Shown: positions 56,954-64,000 of the stretch, piece after piece
How the letters are laid out: every line of letters begins with the position of its first letter
How positions within the stretch are numbered: the first letter of the stretch is position 1
Source of the DNA: Eledone cirrhosa
Taxonomy: Eukaryota
Reading direction: 5' to 3'
Length of the DNA: 64,000 nucleotides
NCBI GenBank assembly: GCA_964016885.1
Contig: OZ024750.1
Coordinates: 21,700,001 to 21,764,000 of the forward strand
The notes under the pieces: model-generated
What the model saw: only the letters and a program-made list of their open reading frames with translations
Database searches by the model: none
What the model was told of the DNA's origin: nothing
Translations under genes and position numbers: made by a program

Positions 56954-57003
<50 letters not shown>

Positions 57004-57006
<3 letters not shown>

Positions 57007-57197
57007 CAAAGAAGGTGTCGTAAGATACCAGGTGGACTATAACGCACCAGAGTACTCGATACTTAGGGAAGTAGAGTGGGAAATAGGAAAAGGTCAGGAC
57101 CCCGACGGCTGAGCTCCGCCCATTTCGATACCTAGATCCGGATCTAGCAGTCGAAACGGCCGGAGCTCAGCCGTCGTGATCCTGACTCTTTTCCTAT
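57004..57197 (-). mobile_element. Diverged family-A fold-back insertion
   Basis: Diverged tail plus inverted segment GTCGAAACGGCCGGAGCTCAGCCGTC ending TTCCTAT. Confidence 0.8.
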
Positions 57198-57264
57198 ACT
57201 CTTTTACTCTTTTACCTGTTTCAGCCATCCGGCTGAGGCCATGCTGGGGCATATATATATATAT

Positions 57265-57473
57265 ATAGGAACCAGTAAGACTCCGACGGCTGAGCTCAAG
57301 CCGTTTCGACGGTTAATTCTGGACTAAATGTTTAGTCCAGAATTAGCCGTCGAAACGGCTTGAGCTCAGCCGTCGGGGTCTTACTGGTTCCTATTACCCA
57401 CTCTACTACCCTAAGTATTGAGTACTTTGGTGCGTTATGGTCCACCTGGTTCCTTACCACATTTCCTTCGTTA
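57265..57473 (+). mobile_element. Family-A fold-back insertion in (TA)n (~65-bp arms plus tail)
   Basis: ATAGGAACC..CTAAATG|TTTAGTCC..GGTTCCTAT plus 79-nt tail. Confidence 0.88.
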
Positions 57474-59407
57474 TATATATATATATATATATATATAGGG
57501 AAAAGAAATTGAAAATGCAAATGGAGTCTTAAGATTATTTATTTATTTACTTTACCGGTTTCACAGTTCTTATGCTTTTCAAAAGTAAAATTGAGATGGA
57601 GGGTTTGTGTTTCTGTTGTAGTTTGTCATATATGATGTATGTGTTTTTGTGTGTGTCTATGTTGTTCAAGAATGCTTTCCAGTTTCAATTTCTTTATTAG
57701 AATGTTCTCATCTTTTCTAATAAGGAGTCAACAGGTTCTTTTCGAGAGCCTGAAAATGTTGACTAAATTATGGATCTGGGTACTCTGTTGTTCCAGATGA
57801 ACTGTAATAAAATAAAGAAATTGAAACTCGAATGTAATCGTGTCTTCAACAACAAATTTATAAATGAAAAGCTGTTCCCCATTTATACGGATACCTATAA
57901 ACATATATATGTGGGGGGGGGCCTGTGTGAGTGTGTTTGTGTGTGTCTGTGTGCGTGAATGTGTGATTAAGGTGTACGCTCAACCACGTGATCTCGTGTT
58001 TATCACCTAGTAATTTGTCACTTTGTTAAAAATAAAAGGGATTGATAAAATATGTACGAAAGTAGAAACAAATATATACTGGGATTGGTATGATCATCTA
58101 AATCCCTTGAAGGGGATCTTCTAGCATGGCTGCAGTCCAATGACTGAAACCAGTCAAAGAAAGTATTAAAAAGTAGAAGACTATATATGACGACGTTAAA
58201 CCGAGCGACGAATGAAATTCTCTACCTCAAAACAGGAATAGTACCTCCGACAAGCTTCCACGAGGTTTCATTCAAAATATTTTACTTACAAGGCCTTCTG
58301 CAAACCCGAAGCTATAGTAGAAGACATTTTCCCTAAGGGCTGCTACTCAGTGGGTTTAAATCCAAAACCACAGTCATTTTTAGTGTCTAGTTAGATTTAA
58401 TCAAGTGCAAACAGATTTTTTCTCCTGGAATGGACCTCCATTGCTTTCAACGAGGAGTGTTTCAATTGTTGATCAACCGAACATACTTCTCATGTAATTA
58501 ACTTGTCAGTGGCTAAGCATTCTACAAACACATGTACCCATAACGTTATTCTCCGGGAGATTCTTTATAACACAGTATGTAACATGATTGGCCCGTTTAA
58601 TTACTGATACAGTTCAGCCGACGGTTTTGTAAATAACTTCGGTCTACCCAATCTCTCTCACAAGGGATGGATTGACCTAAAATTATGGAAACTAATACTT
58701 GCCCAAGATGTCACGCAGTCGGATCAAACCTGGGACCTAACGAGTGCAAAATGAACATTTTAATCATTCAGCCATGCTACAGACACTTTCTTCTAGAATA
58801 TAAACAAATCTTTGATAAAAACGCCTGAAACTATAAAGAATTTTCCATTGTCATATTGTCATATTTAGATGTTTTTTATCGACTGTTGAAATACTTGTAA
58901 ACATCCGAGTTTAGAATTCGTACGTATGAACATATCGTAAATAAAATGGACGGGGTATAGCTTTTTTTCTTTTTCTTCAGTTTCTTTTTTTTATGCCTCT
59001 TTTTCTTTTCTCTCTTCTTGTTCTTCTCGTTTTTTTCTCTACTTCTCCCTCTCCTTTTCTTCTGTTTTCTTCCTTTTCTAATTTTCTTTTCTTTTGATCG
59101 TCTTTTCTTCTCTTTCTCTTTCCGTTCTTTTTCTTCTTCTTTAAACATTTTAACATTTTAAATGACGAAATACTACTAATACGCAAATATATATATATAT
59201 ATATATATATATACGATATTAAATAAATGGAAATTATATTTATAAAACTTGTTGAGTGCTTTTATATCAGTTATAAATATTTACTCGTTGTAACCCAACA
59301 ATTTAAATATAACTTTCCATATATATATATATATATATATTATATACGTATATATATATATATTATATATATATATATTATATACGTATATATATACGTA
59401 AATATAC

Positions 59408-59447
<40 letters not shown>

Positions 59448-59473
59448 GTATATATGTACATATATATATATAC

Positions 59474-59511
<38 letters not shown>

Positions 59512-59516
59512 ATATG

Positions 59517-59583
<67 letters not shown>

Positions 59584-59719
59584 GTATATACATATTCGTA
59601 TATATGTCTATATATATATACGTATACATGTATATATATATATACGTATATATGTATATATGTATATATATACGTATATATGTATATATGTATATATATA
59701 CGTATATATGTATATATAT

Positions 59720-59754
<35 letters not shown>

Positions 59755-59764
59755 CATATGTATG

Positions 59765-59851
<87 letters not shown>

Positions 59852-60174
59852 ATATATATGTATATATATATATACGTATATATGTATATATATATGTATA
59901 TATATATATATGTGTGAAGTAATTCCGTCGGAAAAGTCCAGGAAAAAAGAGTACGTATGTGTACGTACATTTGTGTGTACTGCTTACCACGCGTGTCTGT
60001 TCATCTACTTGTCGCTGTATCGCTGTCAATTTTTTTATATATATTTTTTCTTATATTTATTTGCGTGTGTGAATATGTAGAGGTGTGTATATTTTTCTAA
60101 TTTTGTACATGCATATGTACGCATTTATGTATGTATATGTATGTGTGTATGGCTATGTATGTGTATGTGTATGC

Positions 60175-60230
<56 letters not shown>

Positions 60231-60381
60231 TTTTCTATATATATGTGTGTGTGGTTGTATATGTGTATGTATGGATGTGTTGATCTTTATGTGCGTATGT
60301 ATGTATGTGTATATGTATGTGTATATGTGTATTTATATACACATATATATGGGTATATATGTGTGTGTGTATGTATGAGTG

Positions 60382-60455
<74 letters not shown>

Positions 60456-60679
60456 CTTTTGTGTGTGTGTGTGTGTGTGTTTGCATGTGTGGTTTTATTT
60501 TATTTTTCCTTTCCTTCTTCTTTCTCCAGCCTCACTTTCATATAGATTGCATTTTTGTTTTTAAAATCCAAATTTAATAAACAGACCAGGATTTTTTCAT
60601 TCTCAGGATTGAAAGCAAATGTTTTTGCTTTTAAGAAACGACTGGTAAATGGAATAATTGCATTATGTTGTTTATTACA

Positions 60680-60744
<65 letters not shown>

Positions 60745-60797
60745 GTATATATGTGTATATGTATATATATACATACATATATATATACATATGTATG

Positions 60798-60842
<45 letters not shown>

Positions 60843-60896
60843 ATATGTATATATGTATATATATATACATACACATATATATATATATATACATAC

Positions 60897-61145
<249 letters not shown>

Positions 61146-61189
61146 ATATACGTATATATACGTATATATGTATATATATACATACATAC

Positions 61190-61285
<96 letters not shown>

Positions 61286-61353
61286 ATATATACGTATATA
61301 TACGTATATATGTATATATATATGTATATATATACATACATACATATATATAT

Positions 61354-61435
<82 letters not shown>

Positions 61436-61984
61436 CACGACTTACAACTTCGTCTGAAAATGCATCTAACGTAACTTCTAACACTTATATAACATATTTT
61501 GCTTTTTTTTCTTACCTTTTCCATCATTTCCTGTCAAACACTAAGAATGTATGCTACACAAAACAGTGATAATTCTAACATTCTCTGCCATTTTCTTGTA
61601 CAATATGTATATTAAATCAGATGCATTCGTCCATTGCCCTCTCTTTCTAATTCTTTTTCTGTCTATCTCCGTCTCTTTATGTCTAGATGTAGCTAAAAGG
61701 CTGTAAACTAACGTACACAATATCTGTCTTCTAGTCACATTTGACCAATTTCATTTTCCACATTGTATTTCACGAGATGGAAAATGAAACATTACTTAAT
61801 ATAATGAGGTTTTTTTTCCTTTTGCTTAACGCGAAACTCAAAATGTCTCAATGGATTAATCGTGGCTTTTAGGACGCTAACTCTGTTTCTATCAAATTCT
61901 CCATTTTCTATATTTCTTCTTGTTGCTTAAGCGTGATAAATTGTGTATGTGTTTGACATGTTCTCTCTCTCTCGCTCTCTCTCT

Positions 61985-62075
<91 letters not shown>

Positions 62076-62180
62076 TGTTGCTTACTTGCATATTTAGATA
62101 CAGACGCGTGTGAATATAGTGAAAAGCAAGCAGATTCCGCTGGAGAGAATTCTTCATATATGTTTATACTAACAACAATG

Positions 62181-62307
<127 letters not shown>

Positions 62308-63732
62308 TAACAATGCCAATATGACTGCCAAATGAAAGAGTTCACTAAACGGTAAGTTGCTAGTTGCCAGAAAAGGCCAGTTTAAATAAGCTGGCACTAT
62401 AGAAGCCAGCCGACGTGATATATTAATCAGGAGAAAAGCAATTGGCAGGATATATCTGTCTAGTCACAATGGCTTGCCACATATGCTGGCTACCCCCCAA
62501 ACAAATGAACCATTTGACATTGTCAGAAATATATCACATTTTATTTCACAATGTTTTCAGACAGACGGAACGGTAGAGAGGGAATATATAGGTTGCTTTC
62601 TATGTTCCAAAACAAACGTATATAGCAATCCTTGGGGGGAATATGTGTGATTTTTGTTTCTAATTCTAATTCTTCTTGAAGAAGAAAGAACTGAATGGAA
62701 TATATTCTTTTATTCCTTTACTAACTTTAGTTGTTAAGCTTCACTCAAGCTAGGATACCAATTTGCCTGGATTTAGTCAATCATATTAACCCAAGTACTT
62801 TTATTTTTAGGTCTGGCATATATTTTATCCATTTCCTTTTGTCGAACTGCTAAACTACGGAACATAGATACGCACACGCACATATACACACACACACTAT
62901 ATGGTTTGTTTCCGCTTACCAAACTTTACTCATAAGTCATTGGTCAACAAGAGGCTATATGGTATAAGACTAAGACACTTGTCCAAGATGGCACGCAGTG
63001 AATGCAAACCCAGAACCACATGGCTGCTAAACAAACTATATGCAGACATACCTTTTATTTCACAGGTTTTTCAGAGACATAGGGTGGCGGTGAGAATATA
63101 TAGGTTAATCTCTCCGTTGGAACACAAACGTACATAGCAATCCGTTGGGTGTAAATGTGATTTCTGTTATTAAATCTTCTTAGTAATCAATGGCGGAGAA
63201 AAACAAAGAAGTTAACGGAATATATGAGAAACAAAGATTTCTGTGAAGTCAACAGTATAGAGACTTGTAATCGTTATTTTCATTGTTGTATTTGGCGTAT
63301 TGTCGTTATTGTTGCCTTTTCTGGCAAATAAGAACTTACCGTCTTGTAAGCTCTTGCATTTGGCAGCAGTCATATTGATATTGTTTTATACATACACACA
63401 AATACAGACACACTCACACACACACACATACATATACGTACACACACACATGCACACACATAAACACGTACATACACATATACACACATACATACACACA
63501 CATGCACACACATGCACACACACATACATACACACGTACACCCACACACACATATATATATACATACATACTCACATACACATTCACACATACACACACA
63601 TAAGCACGTACATACACATATACATATATACACACATACATACACATACATACACATACACACACATACACATGTTTGTTCATTAGGAGAAACAACTAGA
63701 ATCCCAGTCGTTGGAACTGACGGAGGTCTAAC

Positions 63733-63948
63733 ATTATTTGTATTGTAGGCGGTGGATTGGCAATATCAGTAGAGGGTCGGACGCCATGCTTTGACGCAAA
63801 GAGTTACGTCCCTTTACGATCGGAGTTCAAATCCCGCCGAGGTTAACTTTGCCTTTCATCCTTACGGGGGGGATAAAATAAAGTACCAGTAATGTACTGG
63901 TAATTGCTGGCCTTGTGCCAAAAGTAAAAACAATTATTTGTATTGTAG
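63733..63948 (+). mobile_element. Full-length SINE S1 with target-site duplication
   Basis: ATTATTTGTATTGTAG on both sides. Confidence 0.9.
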
Positions 63949-64000
63949 CTGTAGTTAATGTAGATGATGGCAGGAGAAGGAAGGAGGGTGCGAGTGAGAT

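Noticed and set aside
63747-63845. tRNA genes at SINE heads
   Set aside because: A/B boxes present but no complete cloverleaf, and always fused to the SINE body.

Overview
AT-rich eukaryotic DNA, most likely an octopus/coleoid cephalopod (inferred from the SINE families and extreme microsatellite load; not verified). The window is mostly intron of an NMDA-type glutamate receptor gene (GluN2/Nmdar2-like, + strand). Two in-phase coding exons are visible: 2693-2882 (end of the S1 ligand-binding segment) and 23964-24089 (pre-M1/M1). Almost all listed ORFs are microsatellite artefacts. The introns hold about 25 tRNA-derived SINEs, relics of Penelope/Neptune, R4/Dong, Tx1-like and CRE-like retrotransposons, MITEs and several minisatellites. 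The most notable signal is a set of non-coding, (TA)n-embedded fold-back insertions. By manual folding they and the Penelope relic carry three different type-I hammerhead ribozyme motifs, one with a U3-A8 core. The insertions also share a fixed inversion point and a GTATTGAGTRC tail motif. A 22-copy 41-bp satellite arose at the 5' junction of a CRE-like retrotransposon. All structures were read by eye; no database search or folding program was run.
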